From Deltaproteobacteria bacterium (GTDB taxonomy: Bacteria > Desulfobacterota > Dissulfuribacteria > Dissulfuribacterales > UBA5754), in assembly GCA_036574075.1 (NCBI GenBank), contig JAINCN010000030.1, forward strand, positions 18,029-82,028: a stretch of 64,000 bases of DNA. The letters are read 5' to 3'. Below, piece after piece: positions 9,727-19,285 of the stretch. Position numbers and translations under genes: made by a program. The notes below the pieces were generated by a model that saw only the letters and a list, made by a program, of their open reading frames with translations, was not told where the DNA came from and made no database searches. Position 1 is the stretch's first letter, and each line of letters opens with the position of its first letter.

Positions 9727-11682
9727 TTGGCCTGCCGGCCCATTTCCGTGACAGACAAAACCGGACTCTCACAAGAGGATCTTGTCGAACTCGACGGGAT
9801 GTGGAGGAGGTGCGCCTCCAGGATCATCCTTTCGACGACGCTTGCGGGAAGCGGCCATCCGGGCGGATCTCTCTCATCCCTTCATGCATTTCTCCTCCTC
9901 TTTAGAATCATCCGTAACGACCCATCCTATTCCTTGGATCCGGAAAGGGACCGGGTGGTCATAAGCATCGGCCACGTCTCTCCCCTTGTTTACAGCGTCC
10001 TCGCTGAGCTGGGATTTGTCTCCGAGGAGGCGTTTCTCACCGAGTTCCGGCGCGCCGGATCCGCCTTTTCCGGCCATGTGGAGCAGTCGGTGCCAGGCGT
10101 CGAATGGAATACGGGGAACCTTGGACAGGGGCTTTCCGCAGGGGTGGGCTTTGCCCTTTCACAGACCCTGAACAAACGACAGGGAAAGACCATTGTCTTT
10201 ATGGGAGACGGCGAGCAGCAGAAGGGCCAGATCGCCGAGGCGAGGCGGTTCGCCGCCAAATTCAATCTGGGAAACCTTATCGGGATAGTTGACCGGAATC
10301 ACCTCCAGATCGGGGGATCGACAGAGGACGTCATGCCGGTCCGTGTCCGGGACGAGTACGCCGCTGCTGGCTGGAACGTGCTCTATGTGGGGGACGGAAA
10401 CGATTTTCAGCAGCTTTATGCGGCCTATCGAAGGGCGTGGTTCCACGAACATCTCATTCCTACCCGGCCGACCGTGATCGTGGCCAGGACCGTCATGGGC
10501 AAGGGGGTCTCGTTCATGGAGAATCGCGAGAAATACCACGGTTCACCTCTGTCCCCTGATGAGGCTCGGCGCGCCCTGGAGGAGATTGGGACCGATCCTG
10601 GCCTTCTCGATTACTGGAAGAAAAGGCGGGAGGGCCATCAGGAGATCCTTCCCGCCCGGCCTCCGGCAGCACCTTATCCCCTGATCGAGCCAGGAACCCC
10701 CAGGACATACGCGGCGGATATGAAGATCGACTGCCGTTCTGCGTACGGAAACGCCCTCGAGGACCTCGCCCGCCTCAACAACCTTCCTGACCAGCCCCCC
10801 AAGGTCCTGGGCATCAGTTGCGACCTGGAAGGTTCCGTAAAGATGCAGGGCTTTCGAAAGGTCTCTCCTCATGCCTTCATCGAATCGGGAATCGAGGAAC
10901 ACCACGCGGCAGCCATGGCAGGCGCCCTGAGCAGGGAAGGATTCGCCACCTTTTTCAGTACGTTTGGGGTTTTTGCCGTTGCCGAGACCTATAATCAGCA
11001 CCGGCTCAACGACCTAAACGATACCAATGTCAAGATCGTCTCCACCCATGTGGGGCTCGATGTGGGAGAGGACGGTCCGACGCATCAGTCCATCGACTAC
11101 ATTGGTCTTCTCGAGAACCTTTTCGGTTTCTCTATCTTCATGCCGGCCGATCCGAACCAGACGGATCATATCGTCCGATACGTTGCAGCACGACCTGGAA
11201 ACATGTTCATCGGCATGGGGCGATCAAGGCTTGCCACGATCACGGATGATGCCGGGGCCCCCTTTTTCGGCCCTGATTACATATTCAGGCCTGGAAAGGC
11301 GGATTGGCTCCGCCGCGGAGACGATCTCACCTTTATGTCATACGGATCCATCCTTTCAAATGTCCTTGCAGCCCGCGAGATCCTGGCCGCACAGGGCATC
11401 CGGGCAGGTGTGCTGAACATGGCCTCTATCAAGCCGATAGACGTGGATGCCATCTGCGAGGCCGCGCGCCTCGGCCCCATCGTGACCGTGGAAGACCACG
11501 CGGCAGTGACGGGCCTCGGATCTATTGTCGCCAGGGTCATAGCCTCTGCCCGCTTGGCCCCAAAGTTCCGTGCCCTTGGGGTCACGGCCTACGGCTCTTC
11601 AGGCAAACCCTCTGATCTCTATCGCCTTCAGGGCCTTCACCCAGAGGGGATCGCTGCAAGCGTCCGGGACCTTCTCGCCTGA
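9727..11682 (+). CDS. tkt: transketolase (single-polypeptide form)
   Basis: 651 aa; SGHPGGSLS, TPP-binding GDGEQQKGQ, C-terminal Pyr/TKC-like region. Start ambiguous (TTG 9727 or GTG 9748). Confidence 0.9.
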   Translation: MACRPISVTDKTGLSQEDLVELDGMWRRCASRIILSTTLAGSGHPGGSLSSLHAFLLLFRIIRNDPSYSLDPERDRVVISIGHVSPLVYSVLAELGFVSEEAFLTEFRRAGSAFSGHVEQSVPGVEWNTGNLGQGLSAGVGFALSQTLNKRQGKTIVFMGDGEQQKGQIAEARRFAAKFNLGNLIGIVDRNHLQIGGSTEDVMPVRVRDEYAAAGWNVLYVGDGNDFQQLYAAYRRAWFHEHLIPTRPTVIVARTVMGKGVSFMENREKYHGSPLSPDEARRALEEIGTDPGLLDYWKKRREGHQEILPARPPAAPYPLIEPGTPRTYAADMKIDCRSAYGNALEDLARLNNLPDQPPKVLGISCDLEGSVKMQGFRKVSPHAFIESGIEEHHAAAMAGALSREGFATFFSTFGVFAVAETYNQHRLNDLNDTNVKIVSTHVGLDVGEDGPTHQSIDYIGLLENLFGFSIFMPADPNQTDHIVRYVAARPGNMFIGMGRSRLATITDDAGAPFFGPDYIFRPGKADWLRRGDDLTFMSYGSILSNVLAAREILAAQGIRAGVLNMASIKPIDVDAICEAARLGPIVTVEDHAAVTGLGSIVARVIASARLAPKFRALGVTAYGSSGKPSDLYRLQGLHPEGIAASVRDLLA

Positions 11683-11786
11683 TTTAACCACACCCCCCGG
11701 GCCCTCGGTTCACGGATTCAGGTTACACCTTTTCCTTTATTTAGCCGAAAGGAAGGTGAGAGGATCGCACTCCTCCCCCTTCTGCC

Positions 11787-13481
11787 ATGATCCGTTTTCC
11801 CTCCGACATCCTGTCTTCGCTCCTGTCCCTTCGGTCCTCCCAGGGGGGAGAGGCCGGGGAAAGGTCCCTTCGTTTTCTCGCCCAGGCAGGAGAGGAATTC
11901 GAGGGCGTCGTGCTGGGCCGGATGGGTGGCGTGGATCTTGTCTCTGTTGGAGAATCTGTGGTTCGAGTGAAGGGCGGAGCCGAGCTCCAGGAAGGCGCAT
12001 GGGCGCGTTTTCGTGTAGTGGAGCCCGGTTTTCCCGCCCGTGTCCAGGTCATCCATCAGACAGACAGGGAAAACGTCCCTCGGCCGACCGTACACGAGGC
12101 CGCCTTGCGCCTTAAGGCCGGACTCTTTCGTCTTGCCCGGGATCTCGCGCCCATTCTTGCTGATAAAACACCTGATCCATCCCCAATTTTTAGGGGTTCA
12201 GGGCCCATTTCCGCCCTCCCGGCCATCATCCGGGGCCTTGCTCTCGGGGGGCACCCGGCCCCAGAACATATCAAGATCCTTGCCTCGATTTTCCGTACAC
12301 AGGGAGATGGCCGCATGGTCTTCAAGGATATTGTGGAGGGCCTTGGATCCGCCGTCAGTGAGGTGATTTCTGACGGCCAGACACCCGTCGAAGGCCTCAT
12401 TGACGATCTTCAGCACGGGGCGTCAAGAGACGCAGAGAACAGACCTGCATCCCTGTCTGCCGGTCTCAGACCCTCCCGTGCCATGCCAGAACAGGGGTCT
12501 TCCTCAGGGGGCTACGACGGTCCGGTGCCAGATACGTCCGCAAGTCATCCTGATCTCCCGGAAGTACTCGTCACCCCAGCCACAACACGAGATTCCGGGC
12601 GCCTCGTCCAGAAACCCGTTGTGTCCGGGACATGGGAGATGGTCGGGCCGGAAGTCAAGAATCCGACAGGGGTGAGAGAAGGAGAAGGACCTCCTGCCGA
12701 ACCCCTTAATCTGAAAGGGAATCATGTGACGCCGCCTTCCCTCCGCAGCACAAGTGAGGCCGTGGCGGCCGAATCCTCTAAGCTGAAAGGAATTCCGGCA
12801 ACACCGCCCGAACAAAAGACCGCCATGAATGGGTGTGACGCGCCGACAGTAGAGGACGTTCAGGGAGAGACAGAAACCCTCCATTCCGGCGAGAGGCGGA
12901 GGATGGAACCGAATCCGGAAAACGGACAGGTCGTTAGGGATGCCGTCTCTCTCCCGCCAAAAGGCAAGGGTATGTCTCAGGGGGCGGATCCATCCAGCCC
13001 CGACGCCTTGGCCTCTGTCTTTCGGTCTATAGCCGACTACACCGAGGGCATTTCCCGTTACCAGCGTCTTTTCGACGAGACGTCCGGTGTTTCCGTGTCT
13101 TTCTTTCCGTTCTGGTTTATCGGTGGCTCTGGATCCGGCGTGTCGGCCTGGTGGAAGGAGACCGAAAGCGGGGTTCGAAAGGAAAGGGGCCTCGAAGAGG
13201 TGGAAAATATCGTCTTTGACCTGGTCATGGATGCCCTCGGTCCTGTAAGGCTGCACCTTCGGGGTTCAGGCGGAAGATACACCCTTTCGGTCATGGCGCG
13301 GGCCGAGTCCCTTACTGTTTTGCGAGACGGCCTTCCCGAACTCAAGGAATCCGCAGACTCGGAGGGTTTTGCCATCAGTGTCATCGGGCTTTCCCCCCTG
13401 ACGGAACAAGGTCCGAAGGCGTGCCCGGGTGAAGGTCCGGCCCCGGGCATTTTCGACGCTGGCTTTCACCTCGTGACATGA
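11787..13481 (+). CDS. flagellar hook-length control (FliK)-like protein
   Basis: 564-aa Pro/Ser/Gly-rich low-complexity centre. The C-terminal block IVFDLVMDALGPVRLHLRGSGGRYTLSVMARAESLTVLRDGLPELK matches the FliK C-terminal pattern. Overlaps the next flagellar gene by ATGA. Confidence 0.45.
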   Translation: MIRFPSDILSSLLSLRSSQGGEAGERSLRFLAQAGEEFEGVVLGRMGGVDLVSVGESVVRVKGGAELQEGAWARFRVVEPGFPARVQVIHQTDRENVPRPTVHEAALRLKAGLFRLARDLAPILADKTPDPSPIFRGSGPISALPAIIRGLALGGHPAPEHIKILASIFRTQGDGRMVFKDIVEGLGSAVSEVISDGQTPVEGLIDDLQHGASRDAENRPASLSAGLRPSRAMPEQGSSSGGYDGPVPDTSASHPDLPEVLVTPATTRDSGRLVQKPVVSGTWEMVGPEVKNPTGVREGEGPPAEPLNLKGNHVTPPSLRSTSEAVAAESSKLKGIPATPPEQKTAMNGCDAPTVEDVQGETETLHSGERRRMEPNPENGQVVRDAVSLPPKGKGMSQGADPSSPDALASVFRSIADYTEGISRYQRLFDETSGVSVSFFPFWFIGGSGSGVSAWWKETESGVRKERGLEEVENIVFDLVMDALGPVRLHLRGSGGRYTLSVMARAESLTVLRDGLPELKESADSEGFAISVIGLSPLTEQGPKACPGEGPAPGIFDAGFHLVT

Positions 13482-13771
13482 ACACGGATTCTGCCAAAAA
13501 GCGTCAAAAGGCCGTCGCCCTCCGCTACGATAGATCCCGAGGCGGCGCTCCACAGGTGACAGCAACCGGAAAGGGTCATCTCGCCGAGAAGATCATCGAG
13601 CTTGCGCGGGCCTCCGGCGTCCCTGTCCGGGAAGATGCGGCCCTTGCCGAGGTCCTTTCCCACCTGAAACTCGGGGATGAAATTCCGCCTGAGACCTACG
13701 TCCTCGTGGCCCAGATCCTCGCCTGGGTCTATCGAATGAACGGCAGGGCGGCAAAAAAGGATCCACGGTAG
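13478..13771 (+). CDS. FlhB C-terminal-domain-like (EscU/YscU/HrcU family) small protein
   Basis: 97 aa; AVALRYD...APQVTATGKGHLAEKIIELARASGVPVREDAALAEVL...IPPETYVLVAQILAWVY corresponds to the post-NPTH part of FlhB. Confidence 0.8.
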   Translation: MNTDSAKKRQKAVALRYDRSRGGAPQVTATGKGHLAEKIIELARASGVPVREDAALAEVLSHLKLGDEIPPETYVLVAQILAWVYRMNGRAAKKDPR

Positions 13772-13919
13772 GAAATATCTTCTAACAAAAGGGATCGCCC
13801 TTCGGCCTTCTCTGGCAAATCCTGCGTCCCTTCCCGTTCCTATGAGTTTTTTCTTACGGGCATGTTTCTTGCTTATATGACATGTGAGATGCGACATAGT
13901 GCGAGGAGGATCTTTACGC

Positions 13920-14672
13920 ATGGGTACGATCGCCGGGCTACATCCCCACGCGAGGCTTGGGCATATGGAGGCACTTGAGGGGGCGATCATCAATGAGAGG
14001 AAGCTCGAGTTGGTCGCCAACGAGATGGCGAATGTCTCGACCGTGGGGTTCAAGCGACAGCGGATCACCTTTGAAGAGTATCTCCTTCCCCAGCAGGACC
14101 AGACCCTTCGGAATGCCAAGGGGGAAAGGGTGGCTACGGATTTCAGCCAGGGACCGGTTCATCAAACCGGAAATCCTTTTGATTTCGCCATTGAAGGCGA
14201 GGGGTTTTTTGTCGTTGAGACCCCTCAGGGGAAACGGTACACGCGCGCAGGGAACTTTACCCTGGATGCGGAGCAAAGGCTTGTGACCCAGGAGGGCTAT
14301 CCTGTGCTTGGAGACGGGGCCCCCATCGTGATCGAGGACACCACCGGGGATGGCGTCTGGCTTTCTGAGGACGGCCGTTTTTTTGTAGATGGCACACAGC
14401 AGGGGCGGATCGACGTGGTCCGTTTTGAAAATCCCCAGGGCCTGGGGCGGGAAGGCCGGAATCTCTACGTAGAGACGGATGCATCTGGCCCTGGAGAGCA
14501 GATGGACGGGCGTGTGATCCAGGGGGCCATCGAGGGTGCGAACGTGAATGCCGTTGAGGCTATGGTCCATCTGATCGATCTATACCGGTCCTACGAGGCC
14601 CAGCAAAAGACCCTTCAGGCCGTGGACCAGTTGGATGAGAAGGCTTCAACCACCCTCGGACGGGTAGGGTAG
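13920..14672 (+). CDS. flgF: flagellar basal-body rod protein FlgF
   Basis: N-terminal NEMANVSTVGFKRQR and C-terminal DLYRSYEAQQKTLQAVDQLD rod-protein motifs; ATG 13920 preceded by gaggagga. Confidence 0.85.
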   Translation: MGTIAGLHPHARLGHMEALEGAIINERKLELVANEMANVSTVGFKRQRITFEEYLLPQQDQTLRNAKGERVATDFSQGPVHQTGNPFDFAIEGEGFFVVETPQGKRYTRAGNFTLDAEQRLVTQEGYPVLGDGAPIVIEDTTGDGVWLSEDGRFFVDGTQQGRIDVVRFENPQGLGREGRNLYVETDASGPGEQMDGRVIQGAIEGANVNAVEAMVHLIDLYRSYEAQQKTLQAVDQLDEKASTTLGRVG

Positions 14673-14710
14673 CGCGCAGGAAACTGACAGAGGACCGGAG
14701 GTAAAGGAAT

Positions 14711-15493
14711 ATGCTGAGAGGTTTGTGGTCGGCCGCATCCGGCATGAACAGTATGCAGCTCAATCTGGACGTCATAGCGAACAACCTGGCCAATACCAAT
14801 ACGATAGGATTCAAACGAAGCAGGGCAGACTTCGAGGACCTTCTCTACCAGACCCTTCGAAAGGCAGGGACGGAAAACGCAGACGGCACCTTGGTTCCTA
14901 CAGGGATGCAGGTGGGAATGGGGTCTCGGCCCGCGGCCATTCAGAAGATCTTCACCCAGGGAGATTTTCAGAACACTGGAAACGAACTCGACTGGGTCAT
15001 AGAGGGACGCGGTTTTTTCAAGGTCATGAGCAACGGGGAGGAGTACTACACACGGGCAGGGGCCTTCAAGCTGGACAGGGACGGCTACATCGTCACCTCC
15101 AACGGCGACAGACTCCAGCCCGAGTTCGCCGTGCCAGAAAACACCGTAAGGATCAGCCTCGATCCCTATGGATCCCTGGTGGCAGCAGGCCCGTCGGGCG
15201 AGGCCCTCGCCTCGGCCCAGCTTACCATCTACGACTTCCCCAACCCGGCAGGGCTTTCGAGTGAGGGGAGAAATCTCTTTTCTCCAACCCAGGCCTCAGG
15301 GGATCCCATTGAGGGCACCCCTGGTACGGAGAACTTTGGGACTGTGGCCCAGGGTTTCATCGAGCAGTCGAACGTAGACGTGGTGAAGGAGATGGTGGAC
15401 ATGATCGTTACCCAGCGGGCCTACGAACTCAACTCGAAGACCGTCCAGACTGCGGACGAGATGCTCGGAATCGCAAGCAATCTAAGGAGATGA
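14711..15493 (+). CDS. flgG: flagellar basal-body rod protein FlgG
   Basis: 260 aa; MLRGLWSAASGMNSMQLNLDVIANNLANTNTIGFK ... VTQRAYELNSKTVQTADEML. Confidence 0.95.
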   Translation: MLRGLWSAASGMNSMQLNLDVIANNLANTNTIGFKRSRADFEDLLYQTLRKAGTENADGTLVPTGMQVGMGSRPAAIQKIFTQGDFQNTGNELDWVIEGRGFFKVMSNGEEYYTRAGAFKLDRDGYIVTSNGDRLQPEFAVPENTVRISLDPYGSLVAAGPSGEALASAQLTIYDFPNPAGLSSEGRNLFSPTQASGDPIEGTPGTENFGTVAQGFIEQSNVDVVKEMVDMIVTQRAYELNSKTVQTADEMLGIASNLRR

Positions 15494-16317
15494 TTTCGAT
15501 GTCGAACGCAATTGTGATAGATCCTAGCACGGACGATGGAGGCCGCAGGTGGACAGGTTCATGGCGCATGGCCGTCTGTACGGTCCTTTTTGTGTGCGCC
15601 GTTTTTTTTGGCCTTGCAGCTCCAGAGGCCAGCGAGACCCCGCCTTCGGCCGCTGCCCAGAGGTCCGGTGAAGGGTCGATCGTCCTCACGGCCGAGGATT
15701 TCAGCCAAGTCTTTTCCGATACTGTCACCGCCATGGGCCCGTGGGACGGAGAAGTGGAGATAACAGGGCTTAGGATTTCGCCTCCCACTGTCACGGTACC
15801 AGAAGGCACTCTCGGCATGGATGTCCCGAATCCGCCTCAAGGCAGGGGATTGGGAACCGTTTCCTTTCCGGTCCGGATCCTGGTGGATGGGGTTTTGACA
15901 AAGACCGTTCGGGTAACGGGCAGGGTAGAGGTTTACAGATCCGTTGCGTGCGCAGTAAGGCACATGAAAAAGGACCATGTCATTGGCCCTGGGGACGTGG
16001 CAGTGGTGAGAAAGCCCCTTTCTCAAATCCAGGCAGCGGCCGTGTCTGCCCTCGAAGAGGTCCTTGGAAAGCGCCTGACCAGTTCTGTTCGGGCAGGAGC
16101 CGTGCTAACTGAACGCATGCTTTCCGAGGCCCCTGTCGTTAGCAAGGGTGACCGGGTGACCATCATTGCGGACTCGCCTGTACTTCGCGTGAGCGTTCCG
16201 GGCGTGATCCTGGAGGACGGGGCCCGGGGAGAATACGTCCAGGTCAAGAATCTAATGAGCGGAAAGGAGGTCTTCGCCCGTGTGGAGGACGCCAGCACGG
16301 TGAGTGTGGCCTTCTAA
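15490..16317 (+). CDS. flgA: flagellar basal-body P-ring formation chaperone FlgA
   Basis: 275 aa; signal/TM N-terminus; C-terminal GDRVTIIADSPVLRVSVPGVILEDGARGEYVQVKNLMSGKEVFARV typical of FlgA; position between flgG and flgH. Confidence 0.8.
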   Translation: MISMSNAIVIDPSTDDGGRRWTGSWRMAVCTVLFVCAVFFGLAAPEASETPPSAAAQRSGEGSIVLTAEDFSQVFSDTVTAMGPWDGEVEITGLRISPPTVTVPEGTLGMDVPNPPQGRGLGTVSFPVRILVDGVLTKTVRVTGRVEVYRSVACAVRHMKKDHVIGPGDVAVVRKPLSQIQAAAVSALEEVLGKRLTSSVRAGAVLTERMLSEAPVVSKGDRVTIIADSPVLRVSVPGVILEDGARGEYVQVKNLMSGKEVFARVEDASTVSVAF

Positions 16318-16329
16318 GGAACAAGGGGG

Positions 16330-17037
16330 ATGACACCCATGAAGAATTCCGTCATGTTTTGCCTTCTCATCGGCCTCCTTGCAGGGTGCGCTGGAACGCG
16401 GCACACCCCTGTTCCGGCCATTGCGCCGACAACGCTCAGCCACGTGCCTTCCGCCCCGTCCACACCTTCCGAAGGGGCGCTTTTCAACCCCAATCAATCC
16501 GGAAGCCTCTTTGAGGACTTCCGCGCACGGTACGTGGGGGATGTGGTTACCATCCTTCTCGAGGAGGATTTCCAGGGGGCAAAGAACGTCAAGACACAGA
16601 CGGATCGGGATTCGGAGATGAATGTCGGGCTTACTGGGATCCTTGGACTCGACTTCAAGAAACGTATGGAACCCAGATACAATACCACCATAGACGCCAC
16701 CAAGGCCATCGGTGGAGCGACCAAGGACTCCTTCAAGGGGACCGGGAAAACGAGCCGGGACGCGTCCCTCACCGGGACCATCTCTTCCCGGGTCGTGGAG
16801 GTCCTGCCGGACGGAAATCTTCGCATCGAGGGGACGCGGGAGCTCAAGATCAACAACGAATCCCAGTATCTCATCCTCTCCGGGATCATTCGGCCTAAGG
16901 ACATAGGCCCGGACAATACGATATCATCGACCCGCATCGGGGATGCCAGAATCTCCTACACCGGGGGCGGCACCCTGAGCGAAAAACAGAATCCGGCGTG
17001 GTTCGCAAGGCTTCTCGGACTAATCGCCCCATTTTAA
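16330..17037 (+). CDS. flgH: flagellar L-ring lipoprotein FlgH
   Basis: Lipobox LLAGCAG; DFRARYVGDVVTILLEE and ILSGIIRPKDI motifs. Confidence 0.9.
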   Translation: MTPMKNSVMFCLLIGLLAGCAGTRHTPVPAIAPTTLSHVPSAPSTPSEGALFNPNQSGSLFEDFRARYVGDVVTILLEEDFQGAKNVKTQTDRDSEMNVGLTGILGLDFKKRMEPRYNTTIDATKAIGGATKDSFKGTGKTSRDASLTGTISSRVVEVLPDGNLRIEGTRELKINNESQYLILSGIIRPKDIGPDNTISSTRIGDARISYTGGGTLSEKQNPAWFARLLGLIAPF

Positions 17038-17251
17038 GGCCGTCACAGAGACAGGATGACTTGGAGACAGATCCGATGCCGCTGAAAAAAAACCGATCTT
17101 CTGATCCAGCTCAAAAAAACCGATTCTCACGGCGTTGTTTCAATTTTCCAGTCCATGCGGCTGACGCTAACTACGCCTCATTCCTGGAAGATTTCGCATC
17201 TTGCATCCCGAGTTTTTTGAGCGGCATCATACCCCATAAGGTCTTTTAAAC

Positions 17252-18364
17252 GTGAGCGGAGCTATGATCATCCTGCGTTTTGCGATGATTTCCTTGTTCC
17301 TTCTCAGCGCCTTTGTCTCTGGAGCATGGGCTGTACGTCTCAAGGACATGACGCAGGTCCAGGGGGTCCGATCCAATCAGCTCGTGGGCTACGGGCTCGT
17401 GGTTGGCCTGAACGGGACCGGAGACGGGACCCAGTCCGAGTTTACCATCCAGTCCCTTGCCAACATGATGGAAAGGATGGGGATGAGTATTGACCCCAAG
17501 AAGGTCAAGGTGAAGAACACTGCAGGCGTCATTGTGACGGCCCAGCTCCCTCCATCGGTAAAACCGGGACAGAAGCTTGACGTCGTCGTCTCGTCCCTCG
17601 GGGATGCCAAAAGCCTCCAGGGAGGGACCCTTCTCATGACCCCGCTTAAAGGGATAGACGGAAAGATCTACGCCGTTGCCCAGGGTCCCGTGAGCCTTGG
17701 AGGCTTTTCCGCAGGGGGGGCTGCGGGAAAGGTCCAGAAGAACCATCCGACCGCGTGCAGGATCCCCAATGGCGCGACTGTGGAAAGGGAGGTTCCAGTT
17801 GGGATCAACGAAAAGGACGAGATCTTCATGAGCTTTGAAAGCGCTGATTTCACCACCGTCACCCGTGCGGCAGAGGCCGTCAACCGGCGCCTCGGGGGTG
17901 AGTATGCCAGGGCATTAGATGCCATGACCCTCTCGGTCATGGTTCCAAAACCTTACCAGGGAAATGTGGTGGGGCTTCTGGCCGACATTGAATCCGTGGA
18001 GATCACCCCTGACCAGCGGGCCAGGGTTGTACTTGACGAGCGCACCGGGACGGTTGTGATGGGTAACAACGTACGCATCTCGACGGTCGCCGTGGCCCAT
18101 GGGAACCTGAGCATACAGATCCGAGAACAGCCCCAGGTCTCTCAGCCGGCCCCGTTATCCCAGGGGGGGACCGTTGTGGTCCCGAGGACTGGCATCTCGG
18201 TCCAGGAAGGCGGCGGAGAACTTGTACTCCTCGAGGGCGGGGCGAGCATCGGGGATCTGGTCCGGGCCCTCAATGCGGTGGGGGTAACGCCGAGGGACAT
18301 GATCGCGATCCTCCACTCCATTAAGGCTGCTGGCGCCCTCCAGGCGGATCTGGAGATCATCTGA
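17252..18364 (+). CDS. flgI: flagellar P-ring protein FlgI
   Basis: 370 aa; RLKDMTQVQGVRSNQLVGYGLVVGLNGTGD; start GTG 17252 or ATG 17264. Confidence 0.95.
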   Translation: MSGAMIILRFAMISLFLLSAFVSGAWAVRLKDMTQVQGVRSNQLVGYGLVVGLNGTGDGTQSEFTIQSLANMMERMGMSIDPKKVKVKNTAGVIVTAQLPPSVKPGQKLDVVVSSLGDAKSLQGGTLLMTPLKGIDGKIYAVAQGPVSLGGFSAGGAAGKVQKNHPTACRIPNGATVEREVPVGINEKDEIFMSFESADFTTVTRAAEAVNRRLGGEYARALDAMTLSVMVPKPYQGNVVGLLADIESVEITPDQRARVVLDERTGTVVMGNNVRISTVAVAHGNLSIQIREQPQVSQPAPLSQGGTVVVPRTGISVQEGGGELVLLEGGASIGDLVRALNAVGVTPRDMIAILHSIKAAGALQADLEII

Positions 18365-18402
18365 CAATGACCTCTTTGAGGTCCGACTAAAAGGAGAGAA
18401 AG

Positions 18403-18765
18403 ATGAAGGCATTGTCACCTGTACCGAGTCATCTCCTTGCGCTTGCTGCTGGCTCGGATCGCCTCAGTACAGAGGGCGCAGGGACGGACAAAGGGCTCAG
18501 AAGGGCATGTGAGGACTTCGAGGCCATCTTTATCCGTCAGATGTTTCAGATCATGAGAAGGACGATCCAGAAGAGCGGCCTTTTTGGAGGCGGCATGCAG
18601 GAGGAGATCCTGACCGATCTCTGTGATGAGCAGGTCGCAAACGAAATCGCCCACGGTCGGGGCATCGGGATCTCCCAGGCCCTCTATCGGGATCTTGCTA
18701 AGGCGGCCTCACGGAGAGATCCACAACGACGTGGCATACGCCAGGGGCTTTGTCGTGTCTCGTGA
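18403..18765 (+). CDS. rod-binding protein (FlgJ N-terminal domain only)
   Basis: 120 aa; ACEDFEAIFIRQMFQIMRRT rod-binding motif; no muramidase domain attached. Confidence 0.75.
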   Translation: MKALSPVPSHLLALAAGSDRLSTEGAGTDKGLRRACEDFEAIFIRQMFQIMRRTIQKSGLFGGGMQEEILTDLCDEQVANEIAHGRGIGISQALYRDLAKAASRRDPQRRGIRQGLCRVS

Positions 18766-19285
18766 TGGGTCATCCTGCGTCCTTCCGCGCCTTCCAGATG
18801 CATTCTGGCAGGCGATCCATGGGGCTCGGGATGCATGGCAGGCACTCGAAGGGATCCTCGACGAGGAGTGGGAAGGACTCAGGCGGAACGAGATTTCTGT
18901 TCTTTGGAAAACTGCCGATAAAAAGATCATGCAGGCAGCTCGCATCCGGGAAAAGGAGGCCACCCTGACCCACATGGCCCGGCTTATAACCGAGCGCTGC
19001 GGTCTTGAGGACTGCGGCGACTGGAGACAGGCGCTCAGGTCCGCTCTCCACCCCTCGGACCTTTCCCGATTCGAGGCAGAGCTTTTCGCACTTCGGCGCG
19101 TACGTGAGGAGGCCATGGAGAGAAACCGTCGCCACGGTCGATGGATAGAGGAACGGCTCGATCTCACGAAGGCCATTGCCAGGATCCTCGTCCCGGTTGC
19201 AGAGGTTCCTTCCGGCCTTTACGGTCCGTCCGGGGGGCTTTCTGAAAAACGCTCCTGGCGAATGTCCACACGCGGGGTCTTCTGA
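18755..19285 (+). CDS. hypothetical protein, possibly a FlgN-like flagellar export chaperone
   Basis: Helical protein encoded between flgJ-N and flgK; the ORF runs from 18623 but overlaps flgJ, so GTG 18755 is proposed. The call rests on position only. Confidence 0.35.
   Translation: MSRDGSSCVLPRLPDAFWQAIHGARDAWQALEGILDEEWEGLRRNEISVLWKTADKKIMQAARIREKEATLTHMARLITERCGLEDCGDWRQALRSALHPSDLSRFEAELFALRRVREEAMERNRRHGRWIEERLDLTKAIARILVPVAEVPSGLYGPSGGLSEKRSWRMSTRGVF

Noticed and set aside
9727-9800. Possibility that transketolase is split or N-terminally truncated
   Set aside because: The ORF is continuous from the TPP-binding N-domain to the C-terminal domain (651 aa). Only the exact start (TTG 9727, GTG 9748 or ATG 9799) is uncertain.
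13810-13830. Sigma-54-like tggcaaatcctgcg upstream of flgF, and tggaagatttcgcatcttgca (17185-17205) upstream of flgI
   Set aside because: The GG-to-GC spacing does not match the -24/-12 consensus (8 or 15 nt instead of 10), so no promoter call is made.
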